A stretch of DNA of 64,000 nucleotides from Tubiluchus corallicola (GCA_030141605.1 JAQGDQ010000302.1:1-64000); one strand, 5' to 3'. Shown: positions 37,278-49,222, numbered from the stretch's first letter. Numbers and translations: made by a program. Notes: generated from the sequence alone by a model not told the origin.

Positions 37278-39344
37278 CTACACACCACACACAAGAAAAC
37301 CATCACAGAAAGTACACACATCATTAACTAATGGATACCAGGCATCTCTCTGGTTGGGATTAATTGCCAAAGCACCACACAGTGAACATTTGCGTTGAGA
37401 ACTAAATTCTAGTTGTCCTGTCTGAAGTAAAGTCTGGCAACAACGGGCCATTTTATGCCCATTTGAACAATTTGATGTGGTTAGATTCTGCAGCGTTACT
37501 TCTTCATGGCACACTGCACAAGTGTCCCAAGTGGCGTTGCGTGGATCATCAGGAAAATGCAGCCCTCGAATATCAAAAACAGATTGGGCGACACTTTTGT
37601 CTGAACATTCAGGATTGTACTGCAGCCACCACGTCGCAAGTAACAAAAAAGAAACTGCGAAACAAGAATTTGAAGCCAATCTACTTTCCAAAGCTTTCTC
37701 AGATACTAACAGTTGGAAACGACGACAAATGAGCTCGCCATCGATGTTCGCAATCTTAAATCGAAGACGGTCTTCCGATTCCGTGCCTGCAGCTAGTGCT
37801 GCTTGTACGCTTAATAAATAGTGAACTAGCTTGAGTATGAATGGAGAAGCTTGTTTGAGATCAATGTCGCAAAGTTCCAGCAAGACACCAGGTAATGCAA
37901 CACCAACATTCAAAGAGATTCGTATGTATTCCAGAATATCGAGAAGATTGGTTAGTCTGCTATTACTTTTGCCTAGCAGAATATCTGACGCAGCATCTAG
38001 ATTTGGAGCTAAAGTAGCAATATGGACATTCAGTGGTTCCCTTAGGAGCAAATGATCATATGGACCTGCCGGGCTATCAGCAAACACCATAAATGCACCA
38101 TTAGGAGAAACAGCAAGGCCATGTGATGCCATATTTGGTTTTACATCTAAGTCAACTCCAGATAACTCAATCATCAACTCCTCACTTTCGTCAAAACTGG
38201 GATATATTTGCTGACAGATTCCTTCGCCAGATAAAGCAAGAAAATACTGATTATTCACAGCCTCAATGGCAGTTACATGCAGAGTGTGACTTCCAATTAA
38301 GCAGTGTGTTGTTGCCTTTATGAGTTCATTTTTGATATCCAAAGCTACAGCAACAAAGAAGGCTTCCTTTGCAGCAACAAGAACAGCTTGGTCATGTTTA
38401 CCACATGCCATCATGCAAACTCTAGCTACTGGTACTTTATCCATCTGAGACCAGGCAGGTCCAAAACTAGCGACATTAACATAACCATCTGAATTCAAAG
38501 AAACTCTTAAAATCTGGATCAAACCCTCACTAATACCAATGGCAAGCAGTCCAGATGAAGCACCAAGTGAATGCCAAAACAAGCAAGTAGGGCGACACTG
38601 ATTCAATTCGAAGACCGAAGCGAAAGCAACATTTTCAGTCTTTGAAGAGACTTTCCAAAATACAACATGACCAGACTTCTGAGCTGTTACTAGCAGACAG
38701 CAGGGTTTTTCATTCAAAACCATCGCATGTGACCACAACATATCCACTGTAGCCAACAAATAAGTTCTCGTCTTTAGACGCCTGACTTCAACATTCTCCA
38801 TTTTAAATGTTGCCTGATTAATGTACCTGTCACCATGCTCGAAATTGTTTTCAGACATCTTTTCATAAAAAAGTTGAGAAATTTCGACAATATTTCTCCA
38901 GTTTTTCCCCTCCCCTCGACTGTGCAAACACAATCTGTGGTCCATAGTAAGAGAAGACAGAATACACCGACCAATAGGATCCACTCCTTCGGGAGACCAT
39001 GCTACCATCTTGTAAGCTTTGTAATGATGCTGTGTTGTTATGTCGGGGCTCAGGGTTCGGTCTAGTGAAAAGCCAATGAATGAACTACGGTTTGTATCCC
39101 GCAGCTTCTGCAACTTCTCTTTTGATATACCAACGTCAAACCTGCGTACAGCTGTTGGTCTAGGAATTCTAGCTTTGTGCCAGCTGATGTTGCCGTTCTG
39201 ATCAGACGGCGTGGAGCACAAGCTCATCACGTAAACACACTCATCTGTACATAATGCAACTTCGTTATGTGGAGACCACGATACAGCTGGACTATGGCAA
39301 ACACTTTCAGGAAAAGAAAAAGTTGCAACGATTTTAGTGGCCAT
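37278..39344 (-). CDS. GTF3C4: General transcription factor IIIC subunit 4 (TFIIIC90-like), 688 aa, intronless
   Basis: Long ORF with WD40-like N-terminus, the motif WSPEGVDPIGRCILSSLTMDHRL recognised from GTF3C4, and a C-terminal zf-TFIIIC-like Cys pattern (CAVC..CSNGH..RCCQT..CSLC..CTFCD). Confidence 0.9.
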   Translation of the reverse strand: MATKIVATFSFPESVCHSPAVSWSPHNEVALCTDECVYVMSLCSTPSDQNGNISWHKARIPRPTAVRRFDVGISKEKLQKLRDTNRSSFIGFSLDRTLSPDITTQHHYKAYKMVAWSPEGVDPIGRCILSSLTMDHRLCLHSRGEGKNWRNIVEISQLFYEKMSENNFEHGDRYINQATFKMENVEVRRLKTRTYLLATVDMLWSHAMVLNEKPCCLLVTAQKSGHVVFWKVSSKTENVAFASVFELNQCRPTCLFWHSLGASSGLLAIGISEGLIQILRVSLNSDGYVNVASFGPAWSQMDKVPVARVCMMACGKHDQAVLVAAKEAFFVAVALDIKNELIKATTHCLIGSHTLHVTAIEAVNNQYFLALSGEGICQQIYPSFDESEELMIELSGVDLDVKPNMASHGLAVSPNGAFMVFADSPAGPYDHLLLREPLNVHIATLAPNLDAASDILLGKSNSRLTNLLDILEYIRISLNVGVALPGVLLELCDIDLKQASPFILKLVHYLLSVQAALAAGTESEDRLRFKIANIDGELICRRFQLLVSEKALESRLASNSCFAVSFLLLATWWLQYNPECSDKSVAQSVFDIRGLHFPDDPRNATWDTCAVCHEEVTLQNLTTSNCSNGHKMARCCQTLLQTGQLEFSSQRKCSLCGALAINPNQRDAWYPLVNDVCTFCDGFLVCGV

Positions 39345-39446
39345 TCTACAGACCTTTAACTTAAGTATTTATTGTTAAGGCCACCCAGGTGAGAAGGTAG
39401 TCATGCTGTCAAACCCACACTAATGACGAACTGATGATCAGAATGT

Positions 39447-39635
39447 CTACTCCACTGGTTTTATTGTTACAAACCTGGATAAGATGAATGCCACCATAAA
39501 ACTCATTGCGGTGAAAACTGCTGCAGTTATGTAGAAAGTTTGTTCATCAAAAACGTCAGTGAAAGCCGGCAAGTGTTGTGAGATCTTGTTTAAAAGCTGA
39601 ATGTGTGCTGATTTCACGTGCTCTGAGTCTTCCAT
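39447..39635 (-). CDS. Small single-pass membrane protein, 62 aa (MEDSEHVK...LPAFTDVFDEQTFYITAAVFTAMSFMVAFILSRFVTIKPVE)
   Basis: ATG in good Kozak context (aacATGg) 82 nt into an exon that begins at a strong acceptor (tttcctctttttgtactttctAG, 39718). One clear hydrophobic helix. From memory it resembles uncharacterised invertebrate microproteins; not verified. Confidence 0.75.
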   Translation of the reverse strand: MEDSEHVKSAHIQLLNKISQHLPAFTDVFDEQTFYITAAVFTAMSFMVAFILSRFVTIKPVE

Positions 39636-39834
39636 GTTTAGCAAAATAATACCAGTAGTTCACTACCAAAAAATTATATAGAAACGTTTAGAACAGAGTC
39701 CTTATTCTGCATCAAATCTAGAAAGTACAAAAAGAGGAAACGAGTTAGTAGCAATATAACAACCAAGAGCTCTAACATTTAATGTTGAATCATACAGTTA
39801 TGGCAGAAAATCAAACCCTTGTCTTTTTGATTAA

Positions 39835-40396
39835 AGGAAAACGGGATGATTTTTCAAATGTTGCTCTGTTTTGAAGTGCGGTAAAAAGTATACATTTTAA
39901 CACCTGCATTAATGTAACAGTGTTTCTGATAATTAAATAATAACTTAAAAAAATTTAATTAAAAGCCAGCGAGCACAGCAGAACAGAGCACAAACAGCAC
40001 AAACATTCCACGAGCATGATGCACGTGTTTGCGACAGCAAAAATTGAAATTGCTACTGTACTACAAACAAAGACTGGGCAAATTTGTTTAAAAAAACTTG
40101 AATTTTAAGTTTACTGCTGTTTCACCACCATAATAGTGCACTACATCAGAAACAAACCGAGAAGGACAGTGCCTCTTTTTTGTGAAACACAGTTCTGGGA
40201 TGCATGCACTGCATCAATCTAACCTGCGAATGGTGGAATGCAAGGAACAGGATGCAAATGTGCACGTAAATGTCCATGTGATAATTCTTTCATGCAAGTC
40301 ATCCTTAAAAAAACAATTTAATTCTCCTTCAACAATTTATACATTAGTCTATAGTTTAGACTGTAGCTATAGTTTAAAATTGGGTCCTGTTTTCCT
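39835..40396. mobile_element. Kolobok-type non-autonomous DNA transposon
   Basis: TTAA|AGGAAAACGGGA .. TCCTGTTTTCCT|TTAA. An orphan related end occurs at about 43138-43174. Confidence 0.7.
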
Positions 40397-40499
40397 TTAA
40401 ATCACAAAAATATTAACTATGCTCTCTGCATTTTTAGGGCCTAATGTTATAAAACTTACATAGTGTGTTTACAGGTAAAGCGTAAGAATAATTTGCCTG

Positions 40500-41343
40500 T
40501 GGTAATTTGTTCGTCTGTTTAGTAGGCGTTATGACGCTTACACTTTCATGATATTTAGAAATCATACAGATTAGCTGCAATGCATACTATGTGAATTTCA
40601 TAGCACAATTAAACAAACATTTAGATCATCATTTTCAATTTGCATATCTTTAGTGTTTGTGACAGTATTTCTCGGATTTGTGACCTGGTATTAAGGTAGT
40701 TCAATAAAACTGATTGAATTTTTTATGTACATGCCTACACCGCCTGCATTTGCAGCTGAATTATGAATCTAATAAACTGATATCCTGGCAAATGAGAAAG
40801 AAAAAGATGCCCTATTTTGATTCTTGTTTCACTTACTGCTATAATTTCAGGTGGGTGGTGAAAATGCAATAAAACATCTAACATGCTGCTGTAATTTTTT
40901 TGAAGCCTACTTACATTGAAATGGACCATCGCAAAATCTTTGTTCGTGTTTGTGTAGCTTTTTTGACTAGCTAAAGATGATAATTTAATAAATTTACTAT
41001 CAGGATAATGAATATAGTTGTCTGGATCATTGTTATTGGTACAGAAATTTGTTATACTACAAATATCACGTAAGGATTGAAAATTTGATAAACTTGATAA
41101 TGAGACATCAAGTGTAAAAAAATTGTATACATCTTTGTCTTCTTCATATTGAAACGGTAGTATCGAGTTCAAACATAACATACAGTAATATGCATCATTT
41201 GAATTTGCGTAAGTATTAAATTCATTCAAATTTAATGCGGTACATCTAAAATGCACCCAGTCTTGACACACATCACATTGTGTACATAGCTGATTAGTCT
41301 TGCAAGGTTTGGTACATTGCTTGCAAGGATACTGAGCAGGCAT
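40500..41343 (-). mobile_element. LINE fragment encoding a PHD finger plus the N-terminus of an APE endonuclease (frameshifted)
   Basis: CKQC..QCDVCQDWVHFRC..YYCMLC (PHD), then MVHFNVSRLQKN..PEIIAVSETRI..LPGYQF (APE motifs I-II); decays afterwards. Confidence 0.85.
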
Positions 41344-42657
41344 AATTAGTAAAATCAGTTACAAGTAAACAGTTTCGTTAGCTATTCTATAGGCTGCAGC
41401 CTAGAGACCTCAGTCATGAAGGGCCCTGCTAAAAGATTTGCAAATATTTTTTTTTTTGGAAAATGAGTATAACACTTTAACATTTTTCATCTCTGAATAA
41501 TTCATTTAATTTAAAATAAAATTTCCTCTTTAAAAAAGGTGGCCTGGGAGTATGAAAACTCAATTTAAAAAATGACCCAGTCGTGGCCCCTTATTCGAGA
41601 GAAAGTACCAGCAAACTCCATAAAAGGCCCTTTTTGAGGCCCAGACATATTTGTTTGATTTTGAAAAGTTTGAGATAAAGGGTCCCTGTATGAAGTCCTT
41701 TATTTTAAATAAGGCCATTAAGGGACTTCAGTTTGAGTGCTGCGAGCTAGATGATGGCTTAGGCTGAGGGTGCCCCATAATTTAATTAGCCTAGGGGCAC
41801 CAAAAGCCTTGGAGCTAAGGCTACTATTTTTCTGCGTGCTATGATAGTTTCAGTCCTGAGTAAACTTCGCAGATATTTACATTTCTTCAAAGAAGTAGCA
41901 CAGCCACCACCGCTGTATTGTTCTGTATTATTTATCTTCAAATTGAAATTTCTCTCACGGTTGGTTGCATCGAACGTAAATGTATCTTAATTTAAAGTTT
42001 TAATGTCTACGCACTAACTTTTTTGTAGCGTGCTGTCTCAGTTTTTTTTGCCACATTAAAATAAAATTTCTCAGGTTCAAGGCATAATCAATACCAGTAA
42101 TCTTTCTGAAAAGGTCACTGCTGCTTTCTTCTGTTTTGGGCGCAATTGCGGCGTGCCGTGCTTTGGAACTCAGCAGTGAGCAGCCAACAGTTCGAGCTTT
42201 TTTGCCCGGGAAGACCCGCAGTGTAGCAGGGCAAACTTAAAGCAAAGCAGTATGATTTTTCATATCCCACTCCATTTTCAAATATGGTAAAAACATTTTA
42301 ACACCTATAATAATGCTAAACTGTTTAGGATAATAAAAAATAATAGGTTAAAAACTTGATGGCTGGTGAAAGCTGTTAGTGACACAAATATTACACCAGC
42401 GTGCAATACTACTGCACAACATTCAGTGTGATACATAAAAACTCAGCAAATTATAAGTTTAAAAATCTAAATTTCATGAGCTCTCAAACACATTCTATAT
42501 CACAACTAAACTGAGAGGTGCAATGCCCGTTTTTAAACAATGTATTTCCGAAATGCAGGCACTGTCTCCATCTAAGTATGGCGAAATGCAGGTAACTGAG
42601 TGTGTAATTAAACTTCTATGCTAATAATTCTTTCACGTAAACCACACTTAGTAATTA

Positions 42658-43096
42658 CCGTATTTTCCCGTGTATAAGAGACCCTTTTTTGCTCAGAATT
42701 TTCACTTTAAAAATAGGGGGTCTCTTATACATGGGAGTAAGTCTTTTCAATAAGATGCATAAATTGTGACACTAATGATTTTAAAGAAATAAGTGCTCTA
42801 CAACTGTTTTGCGTGTCGCGTTCGACTATGAAGCGGTTGTAAGCAATACAAGCATCGTGACACAGGCATTATCTCCTCGTTTTCTCTTTTCCTGTTACAG
42901 GTTTGCAGGTACGCACTTTAATATATAACAGTACTCTTTTTCTACAACACATTAACTGGTTTTATTTTGTTTTCAGTACCGCACTGAGTTGAAAAAAGTT
43001 GTACTCTACCCTCTACCCCCTTTTTTCCAGAATTTTTGCCTAAAAATTGAAGGGGTCTCTTATATACAAGGGTCTCTTATACACGGGAAAATACGG
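42658..43096. mobile_element. Tc1/mariner-type MITE
   Basis: 29-bp perfect TIR ccgtattttcccgtgtataagagaccctt flanked by TA; subterminal ggggtctcttata repeats. Confidence 0.92.
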
Positions 43097-43628
43097 TATG
43101 TTCTTCCAAAATTAAATTTTTTGCACATGCGATTCTTTAGCTATAGTATAAAATTGGGTCCTGCTCCCCTTTAATGATTTGTATTAGGATCCAGTAAGCC
43201 ATTTGTCATTATTACAGTCATTACTATTGTTTTATTATTATGTGCTTAGCGCTTCTTATTGTTACTAGTCATTGCTGATTCACGTTTCAGTCATTATTGT
43301 GTCCCAAGCCATAAAATTTAAACTTTCATGAAATATTATTGTATCCAAAATGCTGAAAAGGCTTTGAGTAGGCCTATTGGAGTCTTAATTTTGAATTAAG
43401 ATAAGAAATTAGGATGCATTAAACTGGTTTCCAAAGGCCAGGATAAAAGTTAGACATATAACATGGTACATCCACTGCTTATATGCAGATTAATGCAAAA
43501 AATACAGTGCTAGACACCTGACTTTACAACGTGTGAGATGGAAACCAGACGGACTGACTACTGAGACTAGTACACAAGTCGCAAAGTAAAACAAACATAA
43601 AGCAATCAGGTAATTATTTTCCCAAAAT

Positions 43629-43634
43629 TTTATT
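43629..43634 (-). promoter_or_regulatory. Candidate AATAAA polyadenylation signal for a DJ-1-only mRNA
   Basis: tttatt on the + strand about 370 nt downstream of the DJ-1 stop codon. Confidence 0.5.
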
Positions 43635-44005
43635 TAACACCGGTCAAAAGTAACTGCAAGTTAACAATCCTCAACATAATCTAGGTAGTGCAAATGCCAG
43701 TTTTTAAACAGATTTGACTTTGACAATGTAAAATGGCTACATAATACACAGCTGAGTGTTTTTCAAATGGTTAAATTAATGTAGACTCAGAAAATGCTGT
43801 TAGCTTTTAATAATTCCATTATCACTACTCAATGATCCAACAATTACAGAGAAAACACTGATATTTGGTAATCGCATCACAAACTAGCAACTTTGCACAC
43901 AAACTCAAAGTCTAACAAAAAATGAAATCAACAACTATCAACATGATTTTTAAAGTAGGGCAACTACTTACCCTACTTCAAAATAAAGAGTAACAAACGA
44001 GATTA

Positions 44006-47000
44006 TTATAACTTTAAGAGCATAGGTGGTACAATTGAATCACGCTTTTCTTTCCCCTGTAATGCCTCTACCAATGCAAGTCCAAACTCAAATGCTGTCC
44101 CGGGTCCTCTGCTAGTGATAAGAGTTCCGTCTCGCACAACTCTGTCTTCGCTGTATTTGTAACTATCTATGTGATGAAGAAAATCTATAAGTGCCAGGTA
44201 ACAAAAAATGCCGCGGTGAAAGGAATTGTTATGGAAAGTATTAGTAAACAGGCAAAGCTCAAAATTACTTGATAAATGTTTTATTAGAATTGTTGCAATG
44301 ATGTTCATTTTATGTTGGCATTGTTTTTGCAACACAATTCCATGTTGTACTTGTAATAACTGTAAAAGTACTTGTGTAATTTGAATTGTGTAAATCCATT
44401 TTGGATAAAACTAATTTAAACTTGAAAAAATTGGAAAACAGTTTTCAAAAAATTAAGTCTGTTTGAGGGGATTTCTTGGTTTACTATAGTAGGTTCTCAT
44501 GACGACATTTTTTTCCACAGTAATAAATAAACAGTCTAAAATGATACTGACTTTATGATATAAAACTTTACCAATAACTGCAATGTTAGAAAAGGCTTAG
44601 AAAATTCTCAGTGGAGGTGGTGAGGAAGAGTTGGTACATTTTGCTCAATCACAATAAACAACTCGTATTGATGTGTTATGTTATGTGCTGCAGTAGGTGG
44701 TAGAGAGGTTCCACTATGCCAAATGCAAAAGATTCTTGATAAGAAAGCAGCCATATCATTAACTAAGTCACATAATCTAAATCTAATATGTTAATTGCAA
44801 GTTTTACTAAAGTAATGAATGTATTAAATTTTTACCTGAAAGTTGATTCTTTACCGAGGGATGACTTGTTAGCATTTTTCCAGTGCAAATCTTATGGCTG
44901 AGCAAAGCAGTCGGTGCAGCACAGATTGCGCCAATAAAACGTCCGGATTTCTGTTGTTCTTCAAGTAAAAGTTTTACTTTTGCTGACTGAAACGTAAAAA
45001 TTTAGATTGTCCTATAAGAAAGTATTGCCATATGCTAAAAATTCAGCAGCTGCTGCTGAAGGATTGTTTAAGTAATGCACATATTAAAAACGAAAGATTT
45101 CATGACAACAAAAAAATCTGCTAAACAGAATGGGAAAGAATGTTATGTGTAATATATTAATACCACTAATGTATGTAGTTCCAGCCCACTGAATGAGTTT
45201 CAAAACTCTACCAGACTACCTAGATGATATTATGGATGAGAAAAGTTGTTATAACACATTTAAGACCTTGTGCTGCACTGCACTGCAATCTCTATTGAAC
45301 ACCCATAATTATACGTCACACACGGGCAAGGGCAGTACAATAAGATGTAATATATATTATGCGTCAAATTTTTCTTATATCTTGCACTAGCATGCATCCT
45401 ACTGCCCACTGCTTACTAACAACACTGATCATCCAAACATAAACATTCTCACCCCGGCAAGATTCTGAGCACCCTTCAATCCACCTGGAAGTATGACAGC
45501 TTCATAGCTAGTAGTGCTGGTGGCATCGTCAAGGCTTTTATCAGGTTTTACCACCACATTTCTGCTGCACCTGACTGGCTCAGGTCCATCCAATCCAGCA
45601 ATAGTGACATCAACCTGTAAAGTACAAATTGCCCGAAAATGTTACTTATCATGTACGTAGAATCATAATCCCTTTTAGACTTTTAGTGTCAATAGTCCAC
45701 ATGCCCGAGTTATTAGCAAAATGTAAAAAACTGTAAATGCCAAAACAAGAGCTAGAATGCTAGTACTCTGTGTACATTATTGCAATAAAATACAAACTTC
45801 TTACAGATACATTAACATAAAATTTTCTGGCGCTATTACACTTTTGCATCTTCTAGTTTTTTCGAGCTATTATTTGTTTCTAGGCTTGTAAGCCATAAAG
45901 CAGAACAATAGACCTACTATAAGACAATTTCAGGATGTCAGCGACTGTGTTTACTGCACACAAACTAACACAGCAGTGACATTACGATGAAGCATGGACC
46001 TTAATTCGAATTTTCAGTTCTATTATATCTATTTTGTTTTGCGTCCACAGTTGATTGCGTTCTACATATAGGCAAAGCATGTATAATATATTGCCTTTCT
46101 ATAGGCCTGCAAACCTGTTTTCCACGTAGGTTTTATTTGTCAAATGTGTTAAAAAATAAATAGTTTTTTACATAAAAATATTTCATTAATATTATTATGC
46201 ACCATCACCAATTCATCACATCGTCATCATCACCAATATCATCTTGATCATCATTATCATCGGCATCATCATCTTCAGTCACCGTCGTTAGTGCCAAGCA
46301 TAGAGTGCAAAAATGGTCGCAGTTAGCATAGCCATTGTCATTGGAAGTGTCACAGTTTGCAGACAGCGAGGCAGATGTCCCTGGATGCAGAAGAGGGTGG
46401 AGATGTTGCCCAAAAGCGTGGTGGGATAATGTTTTCAGTTACGTAAGTATAATTCTGTATATTTGCTTATCCCGGGTAAATACAGTATTTCTTGCGTTGT
46501 TTAGTTAACTATGTTTATTGTGTTATTTTAATTGATGCATTTTGTTGTGCATTTATGCTTTGTTTTTTTTGTTTGGGTGTTTTGTGTGAATGGAGCTTTA
46601 AGTCGTGTCATCAGTTGCACTAAACGAACTCTTGAGCACATATGTATAATTATATGTTAGTGTGCGTGTGTATGTTTGTGTGTATGTACGTGCATGTGTG
46701 CACATATGTGCATGCATATGTGTGTGTGTGAGTGTGTATCAGTCTTAAAAACCAAAGTGGATAGCAGCCGTGTACTTCCAGGTTCCATTTTCAGCTTTGC
46801 TTATAGCTGGCTTCAGTAAGATGTTATTATACTGCTTTAAGGTCACCTCACCAATGTGTATGAGGATCATGATGACAACGATGGAAATGATGATGGTGAC
46901 AATGGCGGTGGTGATGATGATGATAAAGATGGTAATATATTAATGGTGGTGACGAAAAGGATGGTGATGATGTATGCAATAATAACATTGATGACAATGA

Positions 47001-47638
47001 GAATGATGCTGACATGATGTTCTTTAGCTAAGGTGATGATGACACTGTGTTGAAGATAATGATGTTGCTGATAAAATTAAACAATTTTTAATTTTTCATC
47101 GCCATTAAAATTAATGTCTTGCTTATATGCTTAACTAGTTGGAATGAATATTTTACGTAATGCTTGTAAGACAATAACTTTATAATTTTAATATACAAAA
47201 TAAGAATGTTTTAAAAACTGTAGCAGTAGCAACTTAAATTAATATGCGTATAAATGGTGTACTCCAGCAATACAGTATTTATAGGCCTACTATCAATTGT
47301 ATTCTTGAGCCGTTTTGCAAATTTGTTTTCACTTTGTTGCTAAATTAGCTTCTCTTCAAAAGACTAATTCCGAATTTTCTCTTTCTACTTCTTGAATTCT
47401 AGTCAATTCCGAAAGTGAAATAGCGCCAACTTTTTTGATCACTGGAATAACTAATGACATCAAATATTAACGTAACCTCAGCTCTTCGTAATACATCTGC
47501 AGTGATGACTGCCTCCATTTCTTCTGCGCCTTCAGCTAAAATTAAAAGTGCCTTCGGAGAAGCTGTGCTCATCTTTCTGAATATTAAGCTTAAGAATAGA
47601 AACTGCTGCGAAGCAAATAAACGAATTCTGCTACTCAT
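44006..47638 (-). CDS. PARK7: DJ-1/PARK7 (DJ-1/PfpI family). Exons 47477-47572 (or from the upstream in-frame ATG at 47638), 45453-45614, 44836-44986, 44006-44166; 189 aa from ATG 47572, 211 aa from ATG 47638
   Basis: GT..AG introns join in frame. Motifs GAEEME (E18 equivalent), LPGG, AICAAP (C106 equivalent), TSHP (H126 equivalent) and [11 protein letters not shown] are present. Confidence 0.96.
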
Positions 47639-49090
47639 AAATTTGCAAAACTATTCACTAAATTTGTTTTCACACACTGCTACAAGCATACAATGTAGTC
47701 ATACACTTCTACAGTATTAACCATGTCTGTAGCTATAACTGTTGCGAGCAGAGTAGGACACTAGCCGAAGAAGGACAATTGGCGTAGGGCTGCCCAAGTA
47801 CGCCAATTGAGACAGAGACACAAGAATTGTGTCGTTAACCGTACTGGCAGTGTTAGCCGTACACGTTGAATAATTTATTATACATCTGATAAAATAAAAG
47901 AATCTTATTCTGAGCTAGTACAATGGTCAATATTAAATTCGGTATTGACATTAATCTTTTTGAAGTGAAATAAGCCCGCTTTTAGGTGATTCCAACACTT
48001 GTGTTTCTTTTTCTATTTTGTCTTGCTTCACAGAAAGGTGATCCGTTTCACTACCTCTTGGAGAAATAATTGTCTTTTACTAAGACAATATTTTACTTCT
48101 ACTAAGTAAACGGGATAGTGAGCTACGTGCCCTACATAGTTTCTCTTTGTAAAGCATTAAATACTTAGATGAATGTTATGGTGATATTAATTGAGCTAAT
48201 AATAATGATGATATTATTGCAAAACATGCGTTAACTTTGAAAATTGTCAAGGTCTATCCATCATTATTATGAAGTTACTCTTTTCTAAAACAAATTTAGT
48301 TTTATGTCTTATTATGTCATAATTCTCGACAGAAATCTGCAGTGCCCTACTTTGGTTGCCCTTATACAACACTGCTTTTGCGCAAACTTAGCACATGCGC
48401 ATTAGCGGAAGTGTACTACTTCGGCTAGTGTCGTACTCTGCGCCCTATATAGTTATAAAACGTGAGAGCACAGTTTCCAGTTTTCATCGATCATCTTTCA
48501 CCACCTCTGAGAACCGAAAGGAATTTTATTTAAATCGGATTTGTTATAAATATTCAATAGGAATTGCACAATACCAAACGAGAAAATCTATGTGATCACT
48601 GCCTGTGGACTGAGGGAGCACAACAATATTGTACCAATGTTGGAACAATATTTTTGCAAATATTGGGACTATATAGAAATGTGGGCTTGCCAAAACATTG
48701 TACCAATATTTTTTAACAATATGTGTAAACTTTGTGTACCAAACGAAAATATTTGTTCTACCGATGTTGCACAAAAATATCAATATTGCATCAACGCAGT
48801 GACAATATTTTCTGAACATATTTTTGTCAAGATCATGACCATATGGCGACAATATTGTGTGATCAGTAGGGATGAGCATCGAATTCGAACAAGTTTTTTT
48901 AGTTCGAATTCGATTCAACCTAAAATTATAGATTTGAATAATTCACCACTCCAACCATATATGTTTTTTATCATAAAATGTTTGCAACATCATGCAAATA
49001 GTACAATTTCGTGTGGAAAATTTTTGAAAATTTTTCAAAGCTTTTGTGAATTTTTTTTAGTAAACTAATAATGGTTTTACTGCGAAACAA

Positions 49091-49091
<1 letters not shown>

Positions 49092-49152
<61 letters not shown>

Positions 49153-49185
49153 TACTATTACTATTACTATTACTATTACTATTAC

Positions 49186-49221
<36 letters not shown>
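49092..49221. repeat. (TTA)n/(TTACTA)n compound microsatellite
   Basis: Directly visible. Confidence 0.98.

Positions 49222-49222
<1 letters not shown>

Larger units (their letters stand above)
39718..43971 (-). other. Candidate 4.25-kb intron linking the DJ-1 3' UTR to the small-ORF/GTF3C4 exon
   Basis: Donor tagg|GTAAGT at 43971 and acceptor with a long pyrimidine tract at 39718. The interval consists largely of TE remnants. Confidence 0.55.

Noticed and set aside
37463-39065. Several short ORFs within GTF3C4
   Set aside because: Antisense or alternative-frame shadows of the long CDS.
40735-41343. PHD-finger ORF as a host chromatin gene
   Set aside because: The PHD runs directly into APE endonuclease motifs and then frameshifts, which is LINE architecture.
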